Shown piece after piece: positions 12,949 to 25,285 of a stretch of 64,000 nucleotides of DNA. The notes under the pieces are model-generated. The model saw only the letters and a program-made list of their open reading frames with translations. It searched no databases and was not told where the DNA came from. Position numbers and translations under genes: made by a program. Position 1 is the stretch's first letter, and each line of letters starts with the position of its first letter. The stretch is from Vicugna vicugna. Lineage: Eukaryota. The stretch covers positions 1,456,527 through 1,520,526 of the forward strand of contig MU057880.1 of the NCBI GenBank assembly GCA_013265495.1, read 5' to 3'.

Positions 12949-14298
12949 TCAAAATTAACTGTGGTCAGCAGCATTAGACCACAAGCTTTTTTTAGTGGTC
13001 TTTTAAATTATGATTATCCAATTCTCAGGTTAAAAAAAAACAAACACTGACAATGAGAATAGCTTCCATGTATATGCCATGACTTTCTATTGTAACTTTT
13101 AAGTTCATAATAAATTATTGATCTACAGAATAATTATTTTCATTTGCCAATGCATGTGTGTTTTTCTCATAGCTTTCATGCCTCAGAAACACTGAAGTCC
13201 GCAGTCAAAATGGTGAATAAACAACAGAGAAAAAATTGACACATTCCCTAATTCACTTTAAATATAAATGACTTCAATTTTATTCTGAGGGTGGCTGGGT
13301 ATATGGATCTAAAGGCAGAATCAAATTCCAGATTCATTTTATAAAAAACAGCTTTTTAAATAGGTGTCGAGGAGACCCTCAAGATGGAAATACTCAATGT
13401 TTGTCAATTTCTATTGATGTTGGTTTTCATGGTCAAATAAAGGTACTGCAAATGTCATGGTTGTAGCATATTTCACAATGTCACCTGAGGAACATAACTG
13501 GTTAATTTGTGGCAATTTTTGCATGAATGAAGTTTAGATTTTGTGAGTTCATATATTTCTTCTTTAAGGAATAGCTCTTCCCAGTCCCACAAAAGGCTGT
13601 GTCAACTTGATGAAGTTTTAAGATGCTTGGGAGATTAAATATTGTATTTGGAACAAGCACGTCTATTTTAAAAGCTCTACAACAAAATAAAGAGAACATA
13701 CTTCCTCTTTTTCCTCCCTTAATTCCCACTATGATCTTTCTGCTTTGAATGTTTTAAATCTATTATTTAATCCTACTTTGAATTCTCATGTTTTATGGTA
13801 ACGTTCTGTATTTAGTTAGGTTACTGTGGTGTCGATGAATTGATTGCAAGACTCTAATAAGGAAATGTGTTATTTGCATATGAGAAATAAAAAGCAATCT
13901 TGAACTTTTAGCAGAATTTTAAATCTCCTTTACTTATGTTCTAGTCCTCCTATTCATCTCTAATGAGAGAAGATTCTTTTTGGCTAACAGAGATCCTGTT
14001 GCTTGAGAAAAGGACATGCTTATGCTGTGATTATTGAATGTGGGTCAAACAATTAAATGAAAAATACATTTGATTGAGATTTTGAAGCAGTTGGGAATTG
14101 CAGCATGCTATCCTTTGAACATTCTTGAATTTAAGGACCTAAGGTTGGTACATAAAGAGGGATGACAACAGAGTGATCCTCAAAATATTTCTGTATGTGA
14201 GGAAAGAGGAAGCAATAACATGAAGGTTTTATGGATGCTTTTGATGTCCTTTGCCATTTCCCCAAATATTAAGAGGGTCAAGAACATTAGAACAGAGA

Positions 14299-14433
14299 GG
14301 GCAGGGTATAGCTCAGGGGTAGAGTGCATGCTTAGAATACATGAGGTCCTGGGTTCAATCCCCCCTACCTCTATTAAAAAAATTAAATAAAACAAACCTA
14401 CTTACCTCACCCCCTAAAAAAAAGAACAAAAAA
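14299..14433 (+). mobile_element. Vic-1-type tRNA-derived SINE
   Basis: gggtatagctcaggggtagagtgcatgcttag...gggttcaatccc plus A-rich tail; flanks cattagaaca/catcagaaca. Confidence 0.9.
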
Positions 14434-14547
14434 GGGGGGTGCATCAGAACAAAGGCTGTTTTTTATTTTCAGAGTTTTAACAGCATGATTGAAGCAGTCA
14501 CAGAACTCAGGCATCGGAACTAAAGACAACTTTTTGTCAAATGAACT

Positions 14548-15084
14548 CTTTTTTTTTTAAATTGAGTTATAGTCAGTTTACAATGTTGTACAAATTTCAG
14601 TGTAGGGCACAAGTTTTCAGTTATACATGAACATACATATATTCATTGTCACATTCTTTTTCGCTGTGAGCTACCACAAGATCTTGTATATATTTCCCTG
14701 TGCTATACAGTGTAATCTTGTTTATCTATTCTACATATGCCTGTCAGTATCTACAAATTCTAAACTCCCAGTCTATCCCTTCCCACTCCCCTCTCCCGGC
14801 AACCGCAAGTTTGTGTTCTCGTCTGTGAGCCTGTTTCTGTTTTGTTTTCTGGCTTCACTTAGAACGACATTTTCCTGGGATATCCATAAAAATGACAACA
14901 TAATGCTGCAAATGGCATTATGTTGTCATTTTTATGGCTGAATAGTGTTCCATTGCATAAATATACCACAACTTCTTTATCCAGTCATTTGTCGATGGAC
15001 ATTTAGGCTGTTTTGATGCTTTGGCTGTTGTAAATAGTGCTGCTATGAACATTGGGGTGCAGGTGTCTTTTTGAAGTAGGGTTC
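14548..15084 (-). mobile_element. 5'-truncated young L1 (3' UTR plus ORF2 tail)
   Basis: polyT, attgagttatagtcagtttacaatg...tttatggctgaatagtgttccattg...aaatagtgctgctatgaacattggggtgcagg. Confidence 0.9.
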
Positions 15085-15419
15085 ATTAACAAGATTTACT
15101 AGCTAGGTCATAATTTTACGAGATTCCTCCCATCATAAGTCCCCAAAGTTTGCCTTACACCTCTTTAGCTCCAAGAAAATTATACATCCTTGAGCAAAAG
15201 CGCTATTTTTGGTCAAATACAGTAAAGGTGATATACTGATAAGGAAGAAGAAGTGTCAGCCTCACCGTGTGCTCTGTGGAGGACAGCAAACTTTTCCAAA
15301 ATTACAGATCATTTGAAATCTGCACAGAGTTATCAATCCAGGCTTCCTCTCCATGGGAAGCTCCTTGGCCTTCTGAAATCCTGAAAGATGTTGAAAGTAC
15401 AGAGATAGTTTTTGTTTAT

Positions 15420-15560
15420 GCTCTTAATGAGGATTTTTTATCAGTCTCTCTTTTCCAAATGAGGGAATGAAGGCCTGGGAGATCTTGGGAAATTATGAAA
15501 GCGCACCGGGCTAGTAGGTACAGATATTGGGGTGTGACTCAAAGCCCGGGTCCTATTTGG
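15420..15560 (-). mobile_element. MIR fragment
   Basis: ctcttttccaaatgagggaatgaaggcctgggag core, decayed. Confidence 0.5.
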
Positions 15561-15769
15561 CTCTTTGAGGTGATGCTCCGTGTTTTACTGCCTGGAAGAT
15601 CAGTTCAGGGCATACAGGGACTGATCAATACTCTCTTTCCACCAATAGTGTCAATTAGAAATTAACTTCTTTTAATTGACTCCTGATAAAAATGCAGATC
15701 ACCTACTTGATTCATATTTTGGGAATTGATGTGTCAAGTGTAGATGACTTGAATCATTAGTCACAGGGC

Positions 15770-15945
15770 CTTAGAGATCACTGTCTCTATCCAGTGCAAC
15801 AGTGCCCTCTACAACTTCCTTGATTAAGAGGGGCCTTTTAGACACTTTCAGAAATTTTGACCATACCAAGTAGCCCTGCCTGGTCTCATTTTAGATAATA
15901 ATCCCTTTATTTGAGCCAATTCTGCTTTCTTAAAAACTTTCTGTC
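15770..15945. mobile_element. Possible L3/CR1 fragment
   Basis: ccctttatttgagccaattctgctttctt...aacttt resembles recalled L3 3' sequence; weak. Confidence 0.3.
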
Positions 15946-16199
15946 TTTCAGGTAAATCAATGTAGTATTTAAAGAACAAAACTTTGGGGTCAGATGGCCA
16001 TGGACCCCCTTCCTAGCTTGCAAACTCCTTGCTTAAAATTTAAATGAATGCTTCTGAGAACAAGTGTCCAAATGGCCCTCCTTCCGGGAATTCGGACAGA
16101 GGAGGATCAATCAGCTTTCCCACCAGCACCCGAGGTCACTCTGAGGGTCATCGATTTTCCACTTAGCCAGACATTGGGAAGATCAGGGTCATCAAAGGG

Positions 16200-16390
16200 C
16201 ATGTGTGAGTCACTCTTATCGGCCATGCCCAGAAGTGGAGTGTGACACTTTCAGTACAAGGTCATTGGCTGGACTTTAGTCATGTGGCTACATCTAATAA
16301 CAGAAAAGGCTGGAAATAAAATCTAGAAATGTGAACAGAAAAGACAAGTATGTTGTGGAATTTGGTAGTCAGTGAGCAATGTCTACTGTA
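16200..16390 (-). mobile_element. MLT1J-like MaLR LTR fragment
   Basis: cagaagtggagtgtgacact...cattggctggactttagtcatgtggctacatctaa...aggctggaaat. Confidence 0.55.
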
Positions 16391-16699
16391 AAGAAATCTT
16401 GCTGTTGTTTCTTTTTTTTTAAAGCATGTTTGGTTATAAAATTAACACAAAAATATAGTCTCTTCAAGAATAATCAAAATATTCCAGATAAATGTTAAAG
16501 TTTGCTTTGATTACTAAAATTACTTCTAGTCTTCCTCAGGGCATAACTGCAGCAAGACTTTTTAATTGTCGATTGTCACACATTCAGTTCTTTTTAATAG
16601 AAGAGACACAATCACTGGGAATCTAGGTCGAAGGAAGTATGCAGTAGCTTGTGTAACAGTCACAGTCACAGAATGCTCACGCCACATGTCCACTCTTGG

Positions 16700-16865
16700 G
16701 AGAGCCTGGCACATTGTTTCATCAGAACAATATGCCAGGCAGGGATCACTGTTACTATCCTTATTTTGCAGATGAACAAACTGAGGCACAGGAAGCTTAG
16801 TAAAGTGTTCAAGCTCACGGAATAACTAATGCCTTACAGCTCTGATGTTGAACTTGGTGCTGGTT
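16700..16865 (-). mobile_element. MIR
   Basis: tactatccttattttgcagatgaacaaactgaggcacagg is the MIR core in antisense. Confidence 0.8.
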
Positions 16866-16929
16866 TCCTCCAGGGTGTGTAGTTTTCCAGGGTTCCTCAC
16901 TGCTTCTGCCAGAAACAGTACACGATCAA

Positions 16930-18950
16930 CTCCAGTCACACAGGATTAATAAAGGGGGCACGATCCTCCCATTGTCAAAAAATAGAAAACCTGACAAAAC
17001 GTGGAGTAATTGTTTGCAGACATGGGAAAATCAGCAATGCAGTTATGAGGTCCTTAAGAGAAAGGAAACACATGAGCTCAGTCTTAACACTGCCTTAGGT
17101 TGCTGGCTAGAGGCAGTTTTTCTACTGACACAGACAAAGGGAGTCCAAACACAGCCCGCACTTCTCATGAGCTGTATGAAAGGTAGAACAGAGCGCGGGG
17201 AGGCTGAGCAGTTAGGATTGGTGGGGCAGAGAGAGCTGCCAACGGAAGGATTTCCAGGCATTGGCATGGCCAGGTCTGTTGAGTTTTTGAGTACCAATCT
17301 ATGCACATGTGTAGGGTGCAACCTCAAAAAATAGTTCCAGAGACAGATTACCAGAGACCATTAAAGAGAAAATTGTCCTGAGATCTTATATGACTGAGAG
17401 TCTTTCCTGTTTCCACCAGCCAGAGTGGAAAGGCATCGCTGGGTACATGGAAGGTTTTAGCACAGACCCCCAAAAGATCTGCCTTATCGGGGCTGAACAA
17501 GTCAAAAGGAATATTGTAGATCTTCCCTTTAAAAATATTTTAAATAATCAGTTCAAAGAGAAAGCAATAGTAACATGTTGACTATAAGCCCAGTGATGTC
17601 AGATCATACGTGAAGTCTGACTGGAATGAATACTCCAATTAAAGGGGAAAAAAACAAACAGCAGCAAAAAATTAACTTCTAAGAGACAAAAACAGATCTG
17701 TTAAAACATTTTATTGCCCACCAGAGCAAAGTCCCAAACCGTTTGAAAGAATAAACACAATCTACCATTTGGTAGCATAACATTTACAAGGGAAAACATG
17801 TTATCCATAAATTACTAGACTTTTAATGGAGGAAGAAAATGTGGCCCAAAATTATAAGAAGATATTCAATTTATAGAAACAGACAAAGAAATGACAGAGA
17901 TGATGTAATTTGTAATGAATGACATTAAAACTGTTGTTGTGAATATTCAATTTGCTCAAAGGCATATAGAAAAAAACAGTGAGGAGAAGAAACACAAATA
18001 CAGAAAAGAAACAAACAGAATTTTTGAGTCAAAAGTCACCATCTGAAGTAAAAATTTGAGTGGCTGAAATTAACTGCTAATTGAAGACCGTGGAGGGGAA
18101 GAAGATTCTTAAACTCAAAGACAGCAATAAAAACCATCCAAAATGAAGAGAACAGGGTAAAATAAAGACTAAGAATAGATTAACAGAGCCTTAGCACCTT
18201 CTGGGAAAACATAAAACAATCTAATAAAAATGTAATACAAGGAAAAGTTACAGGAAAAAATTACTTGAAGAAATAATAAACGATTTCCAAATTTGCTGAA
18301 AACTGTGAACCTACTGATGCAAAACATAATGAATTACAAGCAATATAAATATAAATCGAACAATACCAAGGCCTATTAAAATCAACTTGCGTGTACAAAT
18401 GAGGCAGAGAAATCTTAAAGTCAGCTGGAGGAAAATGATATATTAGTGTAGAGAAATGCATGTAAATATAACGGATTTCCCATCAGGGACTATGCAACCC
18501 AAAAAACAGGGAGATGGGTCTTTAAAGTAATAAAAAAAAATCCTAAAAAAGGTGTCAATTTAATAATATGAAGTGAAAATATCTTTCCAAAAATTAAGGA
18601 GAAATAAAGACTTTTTCAGAGAAAATTTTCAGAGAAATCAAAGCTGAAAGAAATCATTATTAGCATATCTTCACTACAAGGAATTCTAAAGCAAGATCTT
18701 CAGTCACAAAGAATATGGTACCGGATAGAAATTTGGATCTACACAAAGAAATGTAGCACTCCAAAAATAGTTGAAACAAAGATGAATATGAAAGGCATTT
18801 TTAATTAGTTTTATATGCTCATAAAGATCGATTTTTCAAAAGCAAAAAAAAGTAGCCATGCATTTTGAGCTTATACCATGCATAAAAGTGGAATTTATAA
18901 GTAAAATAACATAAAATGCAGAAGAAACCACATTGTTATACTATTTCGAA
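16930..18950 (+). mobile_element. Ancient L1 (L1MC/L1ME-like) 5' region and decayed ORF1
   Basis: A-rich sequence with ORF1-like blocks (aaaccatccaaaatgaa...cttctgggaaaacataaaacaatctaat...ttgaagaaataataaacgatttccaaatttg...gagaaataaagactttttcaga). Confidence 0.75.
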
Positions 18951-19039
18951 TGGCTCACATTTTAAGGTAATGACTTGAAAATACATCAAAGATGATGGAA
19001 TGTGTGATATTTCCCGTATAGGGTTACGTGGTGATAATG

Positions 19040-19195
19040 CAGAAGGTTGCAGAGCCCAAAGATCAGTTTAAGCCACAACTCCTGGACTTTTGACTTTCAG
19101 AAACTACAAGAAAATAAATGAATGTTATTTCAACTGCTAAATTTGTAGTCATGTTGTTACACAGTGATAGGTAACTAATGCAGATTTGGGAACAA
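19040..19195 (+). mobile_element. MLT1 LTR 3' end plus start of internal region
   Basis: cctggacttttgactttcagaaactacaagaaaataaatgaatgtt...ttgttacacagtgataggtaactaatgca-gatttggg. Confidence 0.7.
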
Positions 19196-19254
19196 GGAGC
19201 AAGTAAGTTACAGATCACCCCCACTGTCACCTGGAGCTGTCAGACCTTGTTGAT

Positions 19255-19748
19255 GAGCATGGAAAATGGTACAACCATTATGGGAAACATTCTATTCTTA
19301 GTATAAATGTGGAAAGATATACTGCACAGTCTTGCACACGACCAGACGTCCATTAGCAACTGATTGATGGATAAATAAATATGGCGTATCTTGTGGAACA
19401 CTGCACACAAGAACATGGAGTGGGCTACCAACACACGAGATAAAAGCGTTACACTGAGTGAAAGAAGCCAGTCACAAAATGTGTGGCTCCATTTATGAAA
19501 GGCTCTAGAAAAAAAGGTTAATCTTTTGTACCAGAAAACCGTTCTGCGGTTGCCTGGATCCTGGAGTGGAAATTTAGTCTACAAAGGAACAAAAGAAAAC
19601 ATTTTGAAGTGATAAAATATTCTATTATCTCGATGGCTGCAGTGGTGAAACTACTATAATCATTTTTAAAATTGATCAAACTCTCCACTAAAAATAGATG
19701 CATTTCATACATGGAAATTGTACATCAATAAATTTAATAGTAAAAAGA
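19255..19748 (+). mobile_element. Ancient L1 3' end (L1MC/L1ME-like)
   Basis: aaaatggtacaaccattatgggaaac...ctgagtgaaagaagccagtcacaaaa...ttgtacatcaataaa. Confidence 0.7.
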
Positions 19749-20842
19749 AGGGAAAACTAGACGAAAGTCAGAAGGCTTCTGTGATAGGTTTTGAGTTGCC
19801 ACTTCCTCTTAGAAAAACCTTGGAAAATTTCTCAAACACTAATCCTTGTCAACAGAATGAGGGTAGGAAGGATTTTCTCACCTAGCACTTAAGATAAATT
19901 AATTGGCATTATAAAGGTAATTTAAATGGTCAAGTCTTGTAAAAATCTAGTTTTTGTTATTTCTTCCTCCATTTCCCTGGCCCTCAAATCACTCTTACAG
20001 CTTCTGAACTGAGTCAAGAATGTATTCTATTAGAGAAAAAGCAAATCTGGTTTCTCTATATTTCTGGACATCCTCCAAACCAGGTTTACATATACAAACA
20101 AACTTGTGAAATTTGAGATGCATAATAAGCAGATGTACGTTTTGAGAATCAGAAACATGGACTTTGAAGTCAGTTGATTTATTCAGCTTCTGAATTCTTT
20201 CACTTACATGCTGCTGTGATTTACACTGGCGTTAGCAGAAAGAGAATTTTTAGCAGTACACGTGAGTATTTTTCTCTTTTACTTCACAATAAAAGAATTG
20301 GTAATTAATCAATTCAAAAATGAGATACAAACATCATGTTTAGAGTTGCTGAAATAAACAAGAGAACTGTAGCCACAGCAGGCATGATGCAAAATGTGAT
20401 CAGAGGCAAGTACAGACCTATTTCTATTGCTTTGCTTCACTTTGTTTCGAGCTTGGCAAGTGTGTCGTGTGCACATCGTGATGTGAAGCTGAGGAAGAAA
20501 GCATCAGCAGAACTTTGTGGAAGGCAGGGATTGGATGTAGGATAGTGGCTGGGTTCTCAGCAAACAGCCCTCATTGTCCTGTTACCCAAGGTGAGCCTCA
20601 TACATCGTTTGGAAAGGGTCCCAGTAGCTGTCTTATAGTTGAAGAGGGTCACATTCGGTCAAGGGTCTCAGGACTTCTATTAAGTTCCCGGATGTCTTGG
20701 CAAAAGCCTTCACACAACCACAGCTGTTGCTAACCTTCACCTAATTTTATGAGTCTTGACATTGGGATGAAATAGTATCCATGGACCCTAAACTGCTTCC
20801 TGTGTTCCGTCAGGTGTAAGTGCACTGTCTCTTCTCTGCCAG

Positions 20843-20916
20843 GTCTGCATTTGATGGCTTCCAGGAACCACTGTCTGAGAATGAGATCATCCCTGAACAG
20901 CCACCGCCAGAGGAAG
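20843..20916 (+). other. Candidate 74-bp exon, gene assignment uncertain
   Basis: Acceptor tgtctcttctctgccAG and donor gaagGTGAGA; open frame SAFDGFQEPLSENEIIPEQPPPEE. Confidence 0.35.
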
Positions 20917-21334
20917 GTGAGAGACTTACGGCAGCCTGATAGCTGTTCTTTCCTGTTCTGTGTCAGGGTTACACGGGGAATGTCTGCAGCTCTAAATGTA
21001 TGTCTAGTGAAATGAAGTTCATGGACCTCTTCTCTTTCCTCCAGTGACCCCTAATTAGGATTTTGCTGGAAATCGATCAATCCAAAAATAAACATGGAAC
21101 TCTAAACACATTACATCATCAATATTACAGAAAAGAAATTGTGATTATAGAGACAAGCAAAGTAAAACTTGTGGTTTGGGGTTCCAGATAATGACTATTT
21201 CTCAGCGTTTCCTGAAACCAACAAACAGCACTTCAAGAGCTCAGAGAGTCTGTGGGACTGAGTATCTTCCACCTGTGGCCCTACACTTTACCCATTCCTC
21301 TGTCAGTATTGCACACACCAAGTCTTCTTGATGA

Positions 21335-21437
21335 GGGGGGGAGGGTATAGCTCAGTGGTGGAGCGCGTGCTTAGCATGTGTGAAATCCTGGGTTCAATCC
21401 ACAGTGCCTTCACTTAAAAATATATATATTTTTTAAA
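21335..21437 (+). mobile_element. Vic-1-type SINE with long (28-bp) target-site duplication
   Basis: gggggagggtatagctcagtggtggagcgcgtgcttagcatg...gggttcaatcc; flanks 21307-21334 and 21438-21465 match 26/28. Confidence 0.9.
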
Positions 21438-22021
21438 TACTGCACATACCAAGTCTTCTTGATGAAAAATGTCCTACTAGAGAATAGTTTGAAGTTTCAT
21501 CACAAAGGAAGCCATGATAAAATTTGTGTGGAGAAATTTCCTTGAAAGTTAGTTGTATGAGATTGGTGGGCAGCATAGTATAGTAAAAGCAAAAACCTGG
21601 AGCAAAGGGAAAAACACAGCTTCTAGTTTTAAGTCTCCATTAACTGGCTTATTGACATTTGGTTTGGATTGACTTCTCCCCAACAAGATGCAGGGATGAT
21701 CTGTAACAGCTTTGAAGCCTGTATCACAGGAGTTTGTAAATGACAAATCCCATGTCTGTAAATCTACCTGAAGATATATACACACACACACATATTTATA
21801 TATCTCAAGGGTTCCTAAAAGTAAATGTTAATAAAAATAAACCATGTCAAATCTAAGCCTTATTGATACCTTTTTTGGTAAATGACACTACCATCCATGT
21901 CGTCATCCATTCAAATCCAACCATGCCTACCATACCAGATGGTATGGGGATCCTGCCTAATCCCGTACCCACTTTTAAAATCCACTTTAATTGTATTTTG
22001 GCAAAGCCACAGTGAGAATCT

Positions 22022-22487
22022 TAAAACCGAGTAGGACCCTGTGAGGCCTTCCCAGGACAGACCCCTCTCCCCCATGTCCTCTGCTGTAGTACCCAGAAAT
22101 AGTATCGCATGTCTATTTCCTAAGTGTTACAGATGCTAAAATCCACCACCAAAGGGAAGAAACTAGCTACTTGATGATGGAGAGCATGTGGCTCCCAGAC
22201 CTTCCAGCGCCTAGGGGTTGATAGCGTTGACCCCACTGTTACTTCATCCTCAACCAATCAGAGGATTGTGCACGAGCTGATCATGGACCCCGCCACACCC
22301 TCTCCCTCACCTGCCTTTAAATATACTTTGCTGAAATCCTTCGGGGAGTTTGGGGTTTTCTTGGGCATAAGCCACCCTGTTCTCCTTGCTGGGCCTTGTG
22401 GTAAACTTTTCTCTGCTCCAAACTCTGACATTTTTGGTTTCTTTGGCCTCAGGGTGCATTGGGCACACAAACTTGGGTTCAGTGAAA
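22022..22487 (+). mobile_element. ERV1-class solo LTR
   Basis: Perfect 4-bp TSD ATCT (22018-22021 and 22488-22491); CCAAT box near 22253; TATA-like tttaaatata; 5' end homologous to the LTR at 2102. Confidence 0.85.
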
Positions 22488-23289
22488 ATCTGACAGGCCA
22501 GCACATGGAGTTAGGCAACACTGTCTTCCTTCAAGTTCCTCAAGCTATTCCAGCTCAACTATTATTTTCAATTTTCTAGCTTATTAGCTGACATAAACAG
22601 TAAGTTACAAGCTGAACCCATTCATTAATGTATTTGGAACACAAAGGCTACTGAAAAAAATGTGAACATGGTACACTTTGGGTTTCAGACATGTGTGATG
22701 GAATGGGGTCACCTAACACAACCTGAATTGAAGGGAGAAACAGGAGGATCAGTGAAAGTTAACTTGAGTAAGTAGGAACTTTGGTGACATGTGTTCTAGT
22801 GAGAGATAGGGCCAGGAGGTTCAAGGAACTGGAGTCTCAGATTTAATGTGGCACATGCTTAACATGTTCTCAACTCACCCAGCCTCCACACTTCTGCAGG
22901 AGGCAGAGTGTGTGCCAAATAGAACACAGTGTCCCACGATGTTGAAGGGAGGTGCAGCAAGTGACAGAAGCTTGGGTTTAATTGGGATGCTCTCATCCTG
23001 GAGTCTCAAGAAGGAAATGGTCCCTACTTAAGACTCTAAATTGACAGGTTACATTGAATTTACATATTTAGTCACCTTTCTCTTGATGAACCTCCCTCCA
23101 GATTTGCGTTGACTATATTGAAAACACTCCTTTCTGGGAACCAACAGAATCCCACACCTTTGTGCTTACAGGAGAGTGAAGCCAAGGACATAGTGATTGC
23201 ACTTAAGTGTCTCTTGAATACTTGTTCTCATTTCTATCTCTACACTTAACTCAGATGGATTTTTGTCCAAAAGGCTCTGAACTGATACA

Positions 23290-23480
23290 ATGTCCTTCAA
23301 GGTTGTCCATTCCAAACCATTCTTGACTCTGCTGTCAGAGTTCTTTACAACTTGAAAATCTGATCAATTTACTTTTGTACTTTAATTTCTTCAGTGGCCC
23401 TCCCAGACTTATGAAATGAAACAGAATCTCTTTCTAAAAGCTGTAAAAATCTGTCTAGTCATGACTCTTGCAATTCTTTC
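23290..23480 (+). mobile_element. L2 fragment
   Basis: ctgctgtcagagttcttt...aaaatctgatca...ttcagtggccctccc. Confidence 0.45.
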
Positions 23481-23589
23481 TCATGAATTTCACATAATAT
23501 ATATTTTTTGAATATGAATATATATGTAGGTGTATATATAATATATATGAATGTATACACACATTATTATACATACACAGTTATTTTAC

Positions 23590-24900
23590 AAATACATTCT
23601 GAGTAGCTGTTGTATTTTTCTTTGAAGGAACTTACATTTCCAAGGGCAAGGATGGATAATAAACAAATCCTTCCCTAAAAAAAAACACAAATTAATAAAG
23701 TAAATAGATAGTGATAAGTTCTGAAGAAAATCAAAGAGGGTATGGAATACAGTGACTAAATGTGGAGAGGGGATAAGGGCTACTTCAGATAGAAAGCTGA
23801 GGGGAGGCCATCCAGAGAAAGTTCTATCTAGGGTGAGACTTGAAGTGGTCCATTTATAGAAACAGCTGGGGTAAGAGAAAGTCCCAAGGGAGAGGAACCA
23901 AAGGTAACCCCCTCCCAAAAGAGCCAAGGCCAGAGTAGCTGGAACATAGTTGGGGGAGGGTGGACAGGACTGGTTTAAAGTAAAATTGGGAAAGTCAACA
24001 GGACCAGATAGTGTATAATAATCACTATTCTATTAGAAAGAAGATCAATAATAACAACAATAATAACGTACAATGTACCAAACATTATTCCAAACAAACG
24101 TTAGCTCATTTATTTCTAATACTATCTCCATGACAAAGGTACTATTATTAATCACTATTTTACAAATTAGGGCACTGAACAAGGAGGAAATGAGTGGCTT
24201 GTCCAAGATCATACAGAAAAATTTATGACTAGTAAATGGCAGAATCCATTACAAATGCAAGCAATCTGGCTCTAGAATCCAATCATCATTTCTGTAGTAT
24301 AAGGAGGAATTTGTCAGACTGAAAAAGTATTTTAATTGCTTCTAAGTGTGATGAGAAACTAATGCAAAGTATTAAGCAAGGAAGGTAAGATTTATCCTTT
24401 AAAAAGTTTCCTCTCGACTCTCTGTGTGTTTGTTGGAGAAGGGGTACTTACAAAAAAGGGGCAAAAAATATCAGTTAAAGTACAAATGCAGTCATCTAGC
24501 CAAGAGAGGACTGTGATTTGGACAAAGTAGTAGCAGGTGAGCTAATGAGAATTCAACCAATTCCAATGGATCTTCAAGGTGGAAACAAAAGATTTGTTCA
24601 TCAATGACAAGTAGAGATTATGAAAAAGGACTATCAAGGAAGACTTCATTCTGGCTCATTGAATGTGTAGATGGTGGTTCCATTAGTGTCCGATGGGAGG
24701 GAGGAAGATGGGAAGAGTAGAACATTGACGATTTTTGCTTGGGGAATGTTAAACCTGGATTGTGTATTGGATATCCAAGTGGAGAGATTCAGGAGACAGT
24801 GGAAAATATTTGGTGCTCAGGGCGAAGCTGGGAATGAAGATATAAATTTGGGCATTATCATTATACGGTTAACACATAAAGCAAAATGAGTTCGTCACCT
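23590..24900 (-). mobile_element. L2 fragment interrupted by MIR
   Basis: aagttctgaagaaaatcaaagagggta...ggctacttcagatag...gatatccaagtggagagattcaggagacag...gatataaatttggg. Confidence 0.7.
24047..24280 (-). mobile_element. MIR
   Basis: ggtactattattaatcactattttacaaattagggcactgaa...gtggcttgtccaagatcatacag...tctggctctagaatcc. Confidence 0.75.
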
Positions 24901-25123
24901 TGAAGAAGAACACGGTTGTCATTATGATTTACTTGTTACATCCCAAATATTTCTTGATCTCTCATGACTTTAAATCTTTGCAGCCAGTTAGGTAATAATT
25001 TTCTCTGAAAAAAAATACATCTAATCTTTCATATCTCCCCTCAAGCCCTCCATCTCTAGTAAAGCTTTTCCTGATTACTCATGAAGAGTTAGGGACTGAT
25101 GAGAACATTTTTTCTGTCTTTAC

Positions 25124-25285
25124 TTCCATCCATCCACCCATCCGTACATCCATCCATCCATCCATCCATTCAACAGAATTATGTTAGGTTATGTTAGCTA
25201 ACCTGTGTTGGAGAGTTTGATAAACATGTGAGGATGCCATAATAAATACAAAGTACTAAGTCCCTGTCTTTTGGAATTCTGTTAT
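25124..25285 (-). mobile_element. L2 3' tail with (CCAT)n microsatellite
   Basis: (ccat)n-tcaacagaatt...aagtccctgtctt. Confidence 0.5.

Noticed and set aside
14299..14375. tRNA-like sequence with A and B boxes (also at the other eight copies)
   Set aside because: These are SINE heads with family-specific tails, TSDs and many mismatches, not tRNA genes
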